From NCBI GenBank assembly GCA_023213395.1, contig CM041465.1, positions 161,889,741 through 161,953,740 of the forward strand: a stretch of 64,000 bases of DNA, read 5' to 3'. The notes under the pieces were generated by a model. It saw only the letters and a program-made list of their open reading frames with translations, had not been told where the DNA came from and did not search any database. Positions within the stretch are counted from its first letter, which is position 1. Every line of letters begins with the position of its first letter. The DNA comes from Cycas panzhihuaensis. Its lineage: Eukaryota > Plantae > Cycadophyta. Below, in pieces: positions 28,018 to 42,199 of the stretch. A program made the position numbers and the translations under genes.

Positions 28018-31000
28018 TATTAAAAAGAATAAATAAGCATTTTGCTACTCTAGAATAATTTCTTCTTCTCATTACTTACAAGTGAGAGAATCTCACATAC
28101 GTATACATTAAAGGCTGCAAAGAGGAGCCAATAAGAGAGATCCAAAAGAAAAAATGTTTCATAATTTTTAATTATAATATAAGTTGTTCTCTAACTAAAG
28201 ACTCTAAGTTAATATTGACTTAAGAAAATAATTTAAAAAATCTAAGTAGAAACCTTAACCTTAATTCCTACCCTTAAGGTTTGACTCCTCCTTGATTCCC
28301 ATATGAGTTATGAGATGTAGAAATTTATCCTTTCCCAAATGCTTAATAAGAATGTATGTTAATTATTATTCACTGCGATAGTATTAGAGCTCAATTTCCT
28401 TACTTTAGACCTTTTCTATAATGAAGTGATGATGCAATTCTATATATTTTATCTTGGCATGAAAAACTAGATTCTTGGTCATCTTAATAATACTCTGGTT
28501 GTCATAGTATATTTGATTTGCTTTGTATACATTAAGACTTGGATCCTTAAGGAGCTACCTTAGCTAAATTTCTTTATAGAGTATATTAAATATTGGCTTG
28601 TATTCAACCTCTATGGATAAAATAGCTATAGTCACCTATTTTTTGCTACTCCATGAAATAATTATTGAACTTAGGTTGAATTAGTAACTTATTATATACT
28701 TTCTTTCATGTTTCTCTCCAACCCAATTTAAACCACCATATCCAATCTGTTTAGGGTCTATAGCCTTGTTATAATTTAGCCTAAGTTTCAAAGTGCCCTT
28801 ATCATATATTAGGATGTGTTTTGCAGTAATCCATTGTGTAAGATTGGGCTTACTCATATATCTAGAGATAATTCCAATAGAATAGAAAATATTTGGTTAG
28901 TTGTTGTAAGATATATAAGATTGTGAATCATCTGCCAATAAAGAGTTTTATTAATGTCCTTATCTTCATCATCAGTTATCAAATAGTAACCTATTTCCAT
29001 AGGAGTTGTATATGGATTATACTCCTCTATTTTAAATTTTAAGAAGATTTTTTATATATTTTTATTAGGAAATAAAAATCCATTCTCTTTCTTATATACT
29101 TTAATTCCTAAATAATAATGAAGTTTACCTATATTTGACATTTTAAATTTATCTTACATTTCTTTCTTTATTTGGTTGATGTTATTATGATCATTTCTTA
29201 TGATCATTAGATCATTGACATAAACAATAATTATGGTGACCAAATTCTTTCCTTTACCTTTTATATAGAGAGTCAAATCATATTCATATCTTTTGAATCC
29301 TTTCTCTCTGAGATGCATATCTAGTTTCCCATACCATACTCATGGAGCCTATTTCAGTCCATAGAGAGCCTTCTTTAGTCAGTAAACTAACTGTTCACTA
29401 CCTTATTTTATGAAGCTAAGAGGTTGCCCTATATAGACTTCCCTCGCTAGATCTCTATTTAAAAAGATGCTCTTTATATCAAGCTATATAATTTTCTAGT
29501 CATATTGTACTACTAAAGCTATAACAGTCTGATTATAATCATCTTAGCTACTGGAGCAAAATTTCTTTGTAATCAATCCCTACAATCTAAGTATATCCTT
29601 TAGCAACTAGTCAAGCTTTATATTTCTCAATGCTCCCATCAAGTTTTTCCTCAATTTTATAAACCTAATTACATCCAACTATGGATTTTTCCTTAATAAA
29701 TAGTACTAGGTTTTATATTTCATTAAATTTAATGGTAAGAAGTTCCTTCTCTATTACAGTTTTCCATCTGTCATCTTTGTAGGCCTCTTCATAATTTTAT
29801 GGTTTTATATAACAAATCAAGGCTTGTTATTTTTAAATCCTAGTTCATTTCTCAAAAGTCTCACCCTTAAAATATTCTAAGGTTTTTAGGTACCAATTGG
29901 GTATTTAGGTACTAGACTAATAAGATTCCCTTAGTTATTCATTCACTAATAGAGAAATAATATATATGGCACCTTCTTGCAAGTCATTCACTTCTTATGA
30001 AACTGGTGGTTGATTATGTGTTGACTCTTTAGGAGGTATGATTTCTTCTTGTACTGATCTTTTAGGGGAAGCAACTTCTTAGACCTCTTCCTTTGATATG
30101 TCATCAAAGGTTATATTTATGCAAGCGTAGATTTTGTTTATCTTCATGTACAAGCATCTATATACTTTGGACTTATTGCACATGACTAGGATGCATTTGA
30201 TACTCTTATTATCTATCTTAGGTCTTTATTGATCCAGGATATACACATAAATAGTGGTTCCAAAGATTTTAAGATGGATAATAATAGGTTTTCTTCTAGA
30301 CCAAGGTTCTTTAGGAGTGCGTTTTCTCAAAGATACTAGTGGGATATCTATTTAGAAGGTAGACTACAGTGTTAATTGCTTCATCCCAACAAACATTTAA
30401 GACTCCTTTCTCTTTTAGCATGCATCTTGTCATTTCTAATATTGATCTATTTATCCTCTTTGGAATCATATTTAACTAGGGAGTATAGTAGTGGTGAGTT
30501 GCCTATGGTTACCATAGCCTTTACAATGTTTATAGAAGGCATTAAAGGTGTATTCCCCTCCCCTATCTATCCTTAAGACTTTAAGCTTATGTCCACTCTC
30601 TAATTCGACCACAGCTTTGAGTTCTTTGAATATGTTAAAAGCTTTTAATTTGTTAGTAATGAAGCACACCCAAGCCTTTCTACTAAAATCATCTATAAAG
30701 GTGAAGAAATACCTAGTACTATTAATGAAGTTTAGGGAGATTGGTTAATATAAATTACTATGTACTAGTTCAAGCTCTATTTAAGCTCCCTATGTGCTTT
30801 CTTGAAAATGAGATCTGTGTAACTTTCTTAGCATGCACCCTTCATAGGCATTAGAGTTTACTAAGATATCTAGAATATCATGAACCATATTGAACATTTT
30901 AAGTATTCTTAACTTATCATTTGAGATGTGCCCATACGAAGAATGCTAAATTTTATTATTATCAAGATTACATATAGAGAGCTCTTGAACAATAGGTGTA

Positions 31001-33129
31001 AAGATGAATTTATATAACTTATTAGTCTCTATTTCATTAGATATTATAATATTATTTTTAATTTTATCACAAATGAAACACTTATCTCCATCAAAGATAA
31101 CAAAAGTTTTTTCTTCTTTGTTAGTTATAAGATAGAGATTTTTTCTAAAGCCAAGAATAAAAATAGCATTGTCTATTTTCTAAATTTTTCCTTTTATTCT
31201 TATAGCAATAGTTCATCTTCCTCTAATCTTTCAGATGGAATTATCCCCAAGCTCAACAAATCCACTATCAAGATGCGAGTGAAGAGACTTAACCAATCAC
31301 TTCTTTTAGTTATATGGCGAGATGCCCCATAGTTGATATACTAGTCATGGTGGGATTTGACAGATGATGCTAGTGTTGTAATGAAGGTAGTCTCTCCTTC
31401 ATCTTCTACTTGTTGCTCTTTGTTATAATTTCCTATAACTCTCTTCCCTTTGACAATTTTAACTCTCATTTGATGATAGTCTCTAATAATATGGCATGTT
31501 CTTCCACAATAATAATAGGTTATAATCTCTTCTATTCTTCCTCCCATAGATCTTTCTCTTCCTCTTGAATGACTTATGAGTGGACCTCTATCTTTAAGAT
31601 GAAGCTTGGTTGCAAAGGCTTCTTCAAGCTCTCTTATTTCCTTATATCTCTTGATTCTTTGTTCCACTAAAGAAGATGACCACATATAATATCAAAAGTT
31701 ATGTTGGTTTATTACCCTCCTATAGTGAGGTTATTTACTAAATTATTGAAGGATCTAGGTAACTTATTGAGCATAATCATAATAAGTTGTAGATTTGAGA
31801 TCGGTTCACCAGTGAATGTAAGACTTTCTTTTAATTCAACTATTTAGGTGATGAAATCAAATACTAGTTTGCCTTCTCTTAACTAAATTTAATATAATTG
31901 TTCCCTTAAGGAGATTATCCTAGCTTCATTTTTTTGTTGGAATAAGGAATTAAGGATGCTCTAGGATTCAATAACTATGGTGGCCTCACTAATGTGAGTT
32001 AGTAAAAAATCAATAACTGATAAGGTGATGGTAGTAAGAGCATGGTTGTTTCTTTCTTCCCAACTAGCCAACTTAGCATTATCAACATTTCTTGGGTTAG
32101 CTTTAATTTTATTAACTATATCCCATGTATTTTTACTATATAAGATATTCTTCATAGTATTTTCTAGTCAAGATAATTTGGTCTAGATAATTTATCATTT
32201 TCATTGAGTAAATAGAGGTCGTTTTATATAGGGGAAAGACTATATAGATATAATTGTATTGCATCATATGGTTGTATAGATTTCAAAAGATAAAAAATGA
32301 AATTGCTCTTATTTCAAAGCTTGATACGTTACCTATATAGATCTAAAGTTAGTTTTTGGATTGGATGTCTTCTTAAGTAGAAAATTAACTCAAAAGTATT
32401 ATGGTCAATTAGGGTTTAAAAGAGAAAATTATAGATAACTTGAAAAAATCTTAAATAAAACCCTATAAAATAATACTTAATGGAAAGCTCTTGTAAAATA
32501 GGTGAGAATGCATCCAATTTTAGGAAAAATTATGATAGAAATGAGAGAAACCAATAGAGAAATACCCAAGCCCTTATTTTTTTAAAAACTTAAATTCTCA
32601 TTGATGAAGGTCAAATTTGGTGTCAATCAATTGGATATAAGTTATCTCTATATAGAGGCACTCAATTTGGGAAAGTTTTATTTTACTCTTATAACTTTAA
32701 AATTTCTCATTCATGCAAGTCTATACATTTTTTCATAGCCCTGATTTATAGGCCATAGTACTTCTTAAAATTGTCTTTTGAAGCCTCCACTAAGTGGTTC
32801 CTTTAGACTTCCTTTAGGACTAGTGCAGAGAGAAAATTAAAGCCTCTAACAAATGGTCCCTTTAGTCCTACTCTCATACCATGTTTAAAAATACAAAAGA
32901 TAAGTATTTTACTACTCCAATAATGTCTTCTTCTCATTACTTATAAGTGAGAGAATCTCATATACATATACATTAAAGGCTATAAAGAGGAGGTAATGAT
33001 ACAGAGCCAAAAGAAAACACTTTACACAACTTTTAATAATAATATAAGCTATGCTCTAACTAAAGATTCTAAGTAACATTAACTTAAGAAAATAATAAAA
33101 AACTCTAAGTAAAAACCTTAACCTTAACA
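28018..33129 (-). mobile_element. Element E: full-length degenerate Ty1/copia (~5.1 kb, ~250-bp LTRs)
   Basis: LTRs 28018-~28266 and 32882-33129. PBS (rc ACTCTCATACCA) at 32870-32881. Perfect TSD TGATC. Confidence 0.93.
28290..32200 (-). pseudogene. gag-pol: Copia gag-pol of element E
   Basis: Gag MKNILYSKNTWDIV and a CCHC-like YYCGRTCH; protease YINYGASRH (~31315-31340); integrase LKVLRIDRGGEY; RT VYVNDL (~29215), KKALYGLK. Confidence 0.9.
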
Positions 33130-33214
33130 TGATCTATCTAAGAATCTTTGGAAGCATTGTATTTATATATATTCCAAGGAGAAATACTAGAAATTTAATG
33201 ATAAAATTTCTAAG

Positions 33215-36200
33215 TATTGAGAAGACAAGGTCCCAATAACCTGAAACCGCCACCAAGATCTAAACTATTTTGCAACTAGTTACATGAATCAAAACTAAAA
33301 TTTAACATGCAAGTTCTTAAACTAGAGATAATATAATAAAATGAATAAGAAAGCCAAGCATCACATATACACCTAATATAATGTGGTAAAAACCTAGTAG
33401 TATGCTAAGAAAACATTTACACAGGAAATATATTGATCTTTATATCAAATAATAGAGAAATGTACACAATCTGTAGTAGAATACTCACAACAACAACAAC
33501 TAGCCACCCAACTCCTCACAGTACATCCAATACATCTAACACCATCAACATAATGAAAAAACACCCTAAATCAGGTTATATGAGAGAGTCATACAAGGCA
33601 CAAATCTCAACCATAGAATCTAGGGTATTTTCAATAAACAGCCATGATTCTCTTTACAATTTAGTATGCTTTTTAGTGCTAGCTTTTTGGCTTAAGAGTT
33701 ATTGCCCGTAAACCCCCTCTTTGCGAGGGTGTTCCAACTCCCGTCACACCCCCCTAGCCAACGGGGCTCCCACCCCCCTTAGAACCCCCCCAAGAAAGTT
33801 TGGGGAGGAAACCACGCTGCCAACTTGTCAAAATTTTAGCCTCCAAAACATTGCACATTATCTAACAATCTCTACCTTAACAATAATTTACCTTATACCT
33901 TTCCTGGACCATTCATCACCTTTTTTGCATGCTAAGAGAAGTTAAACACTATTTGAACTTCTCTAATAGTACTAGTTTTGTAAACATATCAGCACAATTC
34001 TATTTTGTGTTAATCTTCTCAAGTGTCACTCCACCTGCTTCCACAACCTATCTAACAAAATAATATTTAAGAGCAACATGCTTTGTCCTACTATGATAAG
34101 CTAGATTCTTTGCTAAGTAAATGGCACTTTGACTATCACAAAATACATTTACCTTTTTCTGTTTCCTTCTAATCTCAACCAATAGACCCTGTAACCATAT
34201 TACTTCTTTATAAGCATGTGTTGTAGCAACATATTCAACTTCTATAGTCAATAATGCAATTATGTGCTACAATTTTGACATCTAAGTAACTTGACTATTT
34301 GTAAGAGTGAATACATAACTTGAAGTAAACCTTCCCTTATCTAAATCTCCTATAAAGTCTAAATCAACATATCTATAAACTAGATTATATGTACCTCCAA
34401 AGGTGATGTAATATTCACTTGTGCCTCTCAAATACCGAAGCATCTATTTCACTGCTGCCTAATATTCCTTTCTTGGATTTTTCATAAACTTATTAACTAC
34501 ATCAACTACATGTGAAATGTCAGGTCTTGTATATACCATGGCATACATCAAACTTCTTATTGCACTGGCATAAGGCACACGAGACATATAATCCTTTTCT
34601 TCTTTATTACTATGACTTATACTCAAAGAAAGCCTGAAATAGGAAGCCAACAAGATACTCACTGGTTTCACATTTGCCATACCAAACCTAGTTAGCACCT
34701 TCTCCACATATTTCTACTATGATAACCATAGCTTACCATTTTTCCTATCTTTATATATCTCCATACCTAAGATTTATTTTGCAACTTCTAGATCCTTCAT
34801 ATCAAAAGTCCTAGCCAATTGAGCCTTTAACTTGTTGATTTCTGCCATGCTCTTGCTTGCAACCAGCATGTCATCAACATATAATACCAAGATAATGAAT
34901 AATCTATTATCCAAGAATTTAAATGATCATACTTACTTCTTTTGAAATTTTGGCTCTCCATAAAGGCATCAAACTTCTTGTACCATGGCTTGGGTGATTA
35001 CTTCAGGCCATACAATGATTTCCTGAGCTTGTAAATAAGTCTTTTGCTACCATCCTATACAAACCCTTCTGGTTGATCCATACAAATCTCCTCATCTAAA
35101 TCTCCATGCAAAAAAGTTATTTTTACATCTGACTACTCCAACTCAAATCAAGAGAAGCTACCAATGCTAATAAAACTTAAATTGAAACAAGTTTGATAAC
35201 TGGTGAAAAGATCTCATAAAAATCAATACCTGCTTTCTGTGTAAAGCCTTTAGCCACCAGTCTTACCCTGTATTTATCAACCTTTTTATCAGCATCCATT
35301 TTCTTCTTGAAAACCCACCTGTAACCAATAGTCTTCCTACCATGTGGAAGTTCTACCAAGTCCCATGAATTATTTTTCTTCAAAGCATCTATCTCTTCCT
35401 GCATAACCCTCTTCCACTTCTCACTATAGATATCATCTACTGCTTCCTAATAACATGTAGGCTCACCATCATTAGAAACCAAAGTAATAGAAATAGAAGG
35501 GTTATACATATTAACTAGATGACTGACTTGTGTAGATCTTCTAACAGTTGGTGGAGGAGTGTCCACAAACTCCTATAAATCTGTTGTAGATTCATCTTCA
35601 GAAAGATCTTCTAGCTCTTCTATTTCCAAAGATGGTTGGGTTTCAAACTTGACCTATTGATGTTTAACTTCCTAGTGCTATTTCATTTCAACTTCTACAC
35701 TATCTAATTTTAGAAAAGAAGATTCATCAAATATAACATCTATGTTAATAGTGATTTTATAGGCAGTAGGATCCCATAACGTGTATCCCTTCATATCATC
35801 TCTATCACCATAACTGACAAAGATACATCTCTTAGATTTTGGGTCTAACTTTGAATGTTGACTTTTATCAGTTAAGGCATAAGCATTATAACCAAAAACT
35901 TTTAAATTTGAATAGTCACATGGATGTCCAGTCCATACCTCTTTAGGAATCTTGTAATCTATTGCAAGTTATGGTGACCTATTTAACAAATAATAAGTTG
36001 TTTGAACAGCTTCTACCCATAAGCCCTACTCCACTCTTATATTACTTAGTATGCTTCTTGCTCTTTCCAAGAGTGTCCTATTCATGTGCTCAGTTATGCC
36101 ATTTTGCTATGGAGTATAGCCAGTGGTCTTACGCCTTTTGATCCCAACTTCTCTACAATAGTTCTCAGACTCCAAGCAGTTAAACTCACCTCCATGGTTA

Positions 36201-38558
36201 GTTATTAAACATTTGATTGACTTACCAGTGCTCTTCTCAACTAAAGCCTTAAACTACTTAAATACACTGAAATCTTTAGATTACCTATTTAAAAAATAGA
36301 CCTATACCTTTCTGGGGTAATTATCTATAAATATGATAAAGTACAATGATCCCCCATAAGATATTATAAGGGTTGGTCCCCATACATCTGAATGTATATA
36401 ATCTAGAACACCTTTACTAATGTGACTCTACTTTAAACTTGAGTATATACTGCTTTCTAAAAATATAATATTTGCAAAAAGCTAAATCTGAAAGTTATAA
36501 GTTAGGAAGTAACTTATAGTTCATCAGCACCTTAAGTCCTCTCTCACTAATGTGCCCAAGTCTCTAATGTCATAACTGAGCTGGATCTTCTACAGTCTTT
36601 GATATTGTAACTGCATGGCTAACATCTGCACTTCCCACTAAAATGTAAAGGTTTCCTTTCTTTAAGGCTTTCATAACAACCAAGGTACCCTTTGACACCT
36701 TTAAGACTCCTTCACGACCTCTGGACTTATAACTACTAGAATCTAGTTCACCCAAGGAAATCATATTCCTTTTCAAATCAGGTACATGTCTAACTTCAGT
36801 TAATGTTCTTACTATACCATCAAATATTTCAATTCTTATGCTACCAATGCCCACTGTCTTACAAGAAACTTTATTTCCCATAAGCACATCACCACCATCA
36901 AGAGGTTGGTACGATGAGAACCAACTCTTGTATGGACACATGTGGTATGAAACATCTGAATCTACTAACCAATCATGGTGATAATAGGAAACATTACAAG
37001 TAATCAAGACATCATCATCTATACCTGATTCGACTCCACCTAATTAGCCTCATTGGTAGGATCTTCCTTTTTCTAGAACTCCTTCTTTTTGTAACAATCC
37101 TTCTTGAGGTGACTTGTCTTATTACAGTGCCAACATCTGAGCTTACTCTTCTTGCCTTTTGACTTTGACCTCGATGTATCCCTAGAGCTTTGTCCTCTCT
37201 CAATTGTTCTACCCCTTTTTGTCATAGCTTTTGGTATAGAGGTTTCAAGACTAGACTTCTTCCTCACTTCTTCCATCAATAAAGCACTAACAATAGAATC
37301 ATAGTCTAATTCATCTATAGTGCTAAAACTAATTGAGGTGATAATATTATCTCAGGATTCTGGTAATAAACATAATAAGGTAATAGCCTTGTCCTCATCC
37401 TCAATTATGACATCGATACTTGCCAACTAATAAATAAGAGTATTGAAAATATTTAAATGATCAATAATGTTTGTACCTTCCTTCATTTGTAATAAGTACA
37501 GTTACCTCTTCATGTAGATTTGATTCGTCACTAATTTGGTCATGTACAAGCCTTCCAAATGGGTCCATAATCTTGTTGAGATCTGCTCCCCTATGATGTT
37601 AAATAGAACTTCATCTTCCAAACATAATTGTACTGTGCTAAGAGCCCTTTTGTCTAGATCATCCCATTCATCATCATCCATCCCTATGGGTTTCTTCAAT
37701 TTGCCTACAAGAGCTTTGTATAAACCTTGTTATACTCGAACATCATATACTTTCAACTTCCACAACTCGAAGTTATTCTTACCATTAAATTTCTCCACCT
37801 TGAAGTTTGCATTCACCAGTTTTTCCATTTGGTGTAGAAAAAGCTGACACCAAAACCTTCATAAAATCGCAGCAAAAATAAAAGTGGCTCTAATACCACT
37901 TATTTAGAAGACAAAGTCTCAATAACCTAAAATCACCGCCAAGATCGAAACTATTTTACAACTAGTTATAAGAATCAAAACTAAAATTTAATATGCAAGC
38001 TCTTAAACCAAAGATAATATAATAAAATGAATAAGAAAGCTAAGCATCATATATACACCTGATATAACGTGGTAAAACCCTAGCTGTGTGCTAGGGAAAC
38101 ATCCACATAGGAAAGGTATCGATCTTTATTATCAAAGAATGGAGAAATATACACAATATATAGTAGAATGCTCATAGCAACAACAACCAATTGTCTAACT
38201 TCTCACAGTACATCCAATACATCAAACACCATCAACATAATGAAAAAACACCCTAAATCAGGCTATATGAGAGAGTCATACAAGGCACAAATCTTGACCA
38301 TAAAATCTAAAGTATTTTCAGTGAATGACCATGATTCTCTTTACAATTTAGTATGCTTTTTAGTGCTAGCTTTTTGGGTTAGGGGCTATCACCCCTGAAT
38401 CCCCTCTTTGCGGGGTGCATTTCAACTCCCCCCACACCCCCCAGCTAAGGGAGGCTCCCGCCTCCCTTGGAACCCCTGAGAAAGTTTGGGGAGGGAAACC
38501 ACCCTGCCAACCTATCAAAATTTTAGCCTCTAAAACATTGTTGTCATATTATCTAATA
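33215..38558 (-). mobile_element. Element F: full-length degenerate Ty1/copia, Tork/Tnt1-like (~5.3 kb, ~655-bp LTRs)
   Basis: LTRs 33215-33867 and 37901-38558. PBS (rc GCTCTAATACCA) at 37887-37898. PPT (rc ATCTCTACCT) at 33868. TSD CTAAG/TTAAG. Gag start FKVEKFNGKNNFELWKLK resembles Tnt1-type gag. Confidence 0.94.
33900..37830 (-). pseudogene. gag-pol: Copia gag-pol of element F
   Basis: Zinc knuckle CWHCNKTSHLKKDC; protease WLVDSDVSYHM; RT MQEEIDALKKNNSWDLV, LYVDDMLVAS, PYASAIRSLMYAM; RNase H FCDSQSAIYLAKN. Confidence 0.95.
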
Positions 38559-40552
38559 TTAAGTACATTCTTGTGAGATATAGTAAGAAAGTAAAGCATA
38601 TATGATATACAAGTTAGCAACAAAGAAGGTATATACAACTCACATATCATCTTTAAAGAGGTTGACAAATAGGTCATAGATCAGAACTAGGATCTAGACA
38701 CTTTGAAGATTTATCAAGACAAAGGGAAACAAATCAAAGAATAACCTAAATGTAATTTTTTTAGATAACAATTTATTGAGCCTTAAATTGGGCTAAAGTA
38801 AGAAGATAAAGATGAGGAAGAGGAGTATAAAGATGCTTAGGAATCCTAGTCAAAAATATTGCCTGAGATCATTCCACCTACCATGAAATTTCCCAAATAG
38901 TATTTGAATGCCATTATAGAACCTTGATTACCTAAGACAGAAGGAAAATATAAGTCAAGGATAAGACCTTATATAAATAATTTTTCCTTGATAGAAAATA
39001 TGTTAAATGTTGAAGAGATTTTAAGTTTTAAGGATACTACCTAGAAGTAGAAATAGAGATCATCAATGGTTATTGAAATCTAAACTACTCTATAGAATAA
39101 GTATTCAAATTTAGTTGACTTATCAGCAATCAAATAGGTAATTGGATGTAAACAAGTCTATAAGACCAAATTCAAATTAAATATCTCTATTGACAAATAT
39201 AAGGCTAGATTAGTAGCTAAAGGATTCAAACAAATAGAAGGGATTGATTACCAAGAAATATTCATTCTAGTGGCTAAGATAGTAAAGATTAGATTAATAC
39301 TAATGATAACTTCTTAGTTTAAATGACAGTTATACTAATTTGATATCAAAAGTGTCTTCCTTAATGGAGATCTTACATAAGAAGTTTATATAGAGCATCC
39401 CAATAGATATATTACTAAAGGTAAAGAACATCTAGTATATCACTTGAAGAAGGTTTTATATGACCTAAGGTAAGCTCCAAGAGGTTAGTACTCCAAGATT
39501 AATCAATTTTTTTTGGATATCAAGTTTGAGAGTATACCAGTTGATCCAAATATATATATCAAGAAATTTAGAAAGAAATTTAGTAATCTCTATAGTGTTA
39601 TATTTAGGTGATCTTGTGATCATAAAGAATAATGTCTTAAAGGTTGATGACTTAAAGAATAATCTCAAGAAGATATTTGAGATGAAAGATTCTAAATTGC
39701 TATACTACTTTCTAAGAGTTGAAGCGTGGCAAAGCCTAGAAGAATCTCCATTTCACAAGCTAAGTGTGCATGAGAAACTCTAAAGAAATTCATAATGGAG
39801 AAAGTTAAACCTATATCAACTCCTATGTAGACAAGTTTAAATTTGACATCTCTAGATAATAAGGACTAAGTAGATAGCACGACATTCAAGTAACTAGTTG
39901 GTAATTTAATCTACTTAGTTATAACTAGGTCTAACATTTTCTTTGTAGCTGATATGGTATTAAGGTTTATGGCCTAATCGAAGTAAATCCATTGGAAAGA
40001 TAAAAAGAGGATCTTAAGATATTTATACAAGACATTATAGTTGATATTAGAGTTTAGCTAGAATAATACTTTTTAGCTACGGGAATATTCAGATTCTAAT
40101 TATTCTAGATATATAGATAATAAAAGATCCACTTTAAGGTATTACTTTAGTTTGGATTTTATTATTGTTGCTTGGAGTAGCAAGAAATATCTTAATGCTA
40201 CATTATCTTCTATTAAGGCAAAATATAAAATTATTATTGTAGTAACTTATGAGAACATTTAGTTAAAGTATGCGTTTGGTGATTTGGGACTTCACTAAGA
40301 TGAGGTAACTACATTATATTATGACAATTAAATTATTTTAAAGATTGATTAGAATCTAGAGTTCCACACTCATATCAAATACATTGAGGTCCATAATCAT
40401 TTTAGCTATGAATGAATCTAGAATAGATAGGTTAAACTTTTATATAAATTAATAGAAAAGCAACTCGTAAATATATTCAATAAACTATTAGCTAGAGAAA
40501 AGATTAGAAAAATTAGAACTTATATCTATATTAAAGCTAATGATATGAACAT
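38559..40552 (+). pseudogene. pol: Copia integrase C-terminus, RT and RNase H (element A)
   Basis: [37 protein letters not shown] (YVDD degenerate), FEMKD, WSSKK, HIKYIEVH. Confidence 0.9.
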
Positions 40553-40562
40553 TCAGGAGGAG

Positions 40563-40827
40563 TATTAGAATTAATATTTATATAGGATAAATTATGGATT
40601 GTTAAGTCATAAGAGATACAAAAGTCCGTAATGGGCTTGTGGTAAGTATTAGGGTTCTTACAAGATCTTGTTTAGACTGTTAATGATTCTACTTATATTA
40701 ATATGCATATAAGGTTATGTATTATATAGAGTATGAGTCATTCTTAATAAATGAAATCAGAGTTTTGAAGGTAGACTAATTCTACTTGATTAAATAATGT
40801 CTAAATTTGCATTTTTTTTTTTTTTTA
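40563..40827 (+). repeat. 3' LTR of element A (followed by a PBS-like motif)
   Basis: Follows PPT CAGGAGGAG; homologous to solo LTR 4505-4790; TGGTATCA at 40828. Confidence 0.8.
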
Positions 40828-41029
40828 TGGTATCATAAATTGTTACTTAGTAGATCTAATTTGGTATTAATCATTACCTTAGAGAGATGGTTTTGGGTGA
40901 CTATGTGAGTGCTTACCAACTGCACCAATGTCTCCAAGATCTATCAAATTCATCCTCTATTGCATGAATTACAATCCTTTCTTAGAGGCTCGAAAGTCAA
41001 GATTTCACCTTGTAACTCTTGTTCTTGTA

Positions 41030-41720
41030 TTTTTATGATCTTATGTATAAGTATTTAATCTTAGAAATTCATTTACAAAGGTGTGAAAGATATTTCTTTG
41101 TTTATATCTTTATTTCATAATTTCTCACTTAGTTACATGTATCTTCTTACTCAATTACTCATTTACAAAATTATGAGGGGCTCCTTTATTTATTATTTTG
41201 TGTTTCACAACTTTGGGATTTTTAACTTTGTAATGATACTTGGGCTTGTATATTAATTAGTGAGAGGATGAAGTTAGTCATGATATTATTTTGTATATTC
41301 ACACTTCGATGATTGAAGGATCCCACTTACTCACTCATTCATGAAATTGCAAGAGATTCTCCCTTTTGGGACCTCTATTTCACAATTTTTGAGTTGGGCA
41401 TTTGAGTGCCTATATTTAGAGACTCATTTATAATATTATGAAATATTCTTTACTTGCCTTCTCACGTTGCCATTTTATAACCCAAAAGTTCTAAGTCCAC
41501 CTTCAGCTACTCACTTACAAATTTGTGAGAAGCTTTGTAATCATAGTCTAACTTTGTAGTTTTATGGTCTAATATCCTTATGTCTTTATTTAATGATCCA
41601 TTTTCAAGTAGTTTTTCACTTTAAAACACAATTTGGAGGATCACTTTGGATTTTCATAAATTCTCTCTCTAATGTCTAATTTCAATATTTGACCACTTGT
41701 TAGAAAGTTGAAAACTTCCT
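41030..41720. repeat. Ancient degenerate tandem repeat, period ~87-90 bp
   Basis: Anchor CTCA(T/C)TTACAA-like motif at 41068, 41158, 41334, 41423 and 41510. Confidence 0.6.
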
Positions 41721-42199
41721 TTTTAACTTGGTGAATTTACCCTTAGCAAAAAAATATATTGTTCAACTAGATTTTATACTCTAAAAACTACTTAAGAAGA
41801 TCTCTAATTCTATCATATACCCTTATATTTACTTTTCCCTTTATTTTTTCTTCATTCATATCATGTGGTTTCCCATTTGTATAACCTATTTAAGTAGTCT
41901 AGCTACTTTTGTATTATGCAAGCTATAAACAAAAAGTAAGTTTACATTAAATGAAGTATTAAGAAAAAAGAGATAAATAGCTTTAAGTCTAGATGGACTA
42001 CAACTTGGACACTAAGCTACTTACTAAGCTAAGAAATCAAAATGGTACATCCTCATACCTAATGTTGCATAATTATTCACTCGCCTCATATGGGATGCAT
42101 AAACTAGAAAGAAAACATTATGTATTACATTATTATAGTCATGGTCCATCCATAGTTGATTAAGGAATTGGGTTCTTACATCCCTCTCCCCTTCACAAA

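Noticed and set aside
32405-32470. Telomere-like TTAGGGTTT / AAACCCTA motifs (also ~53355)
   Set aside because: Isolated single copies in retroelement leaders, not an array.
33433-38398. Duplicated small ORF (MKKHPKSGYMRESYKAQI...) at 33433 and 38168
   Set aside because: Both copies are simply the two LTRs of element F; start positions differ and there is no recognisable domain.
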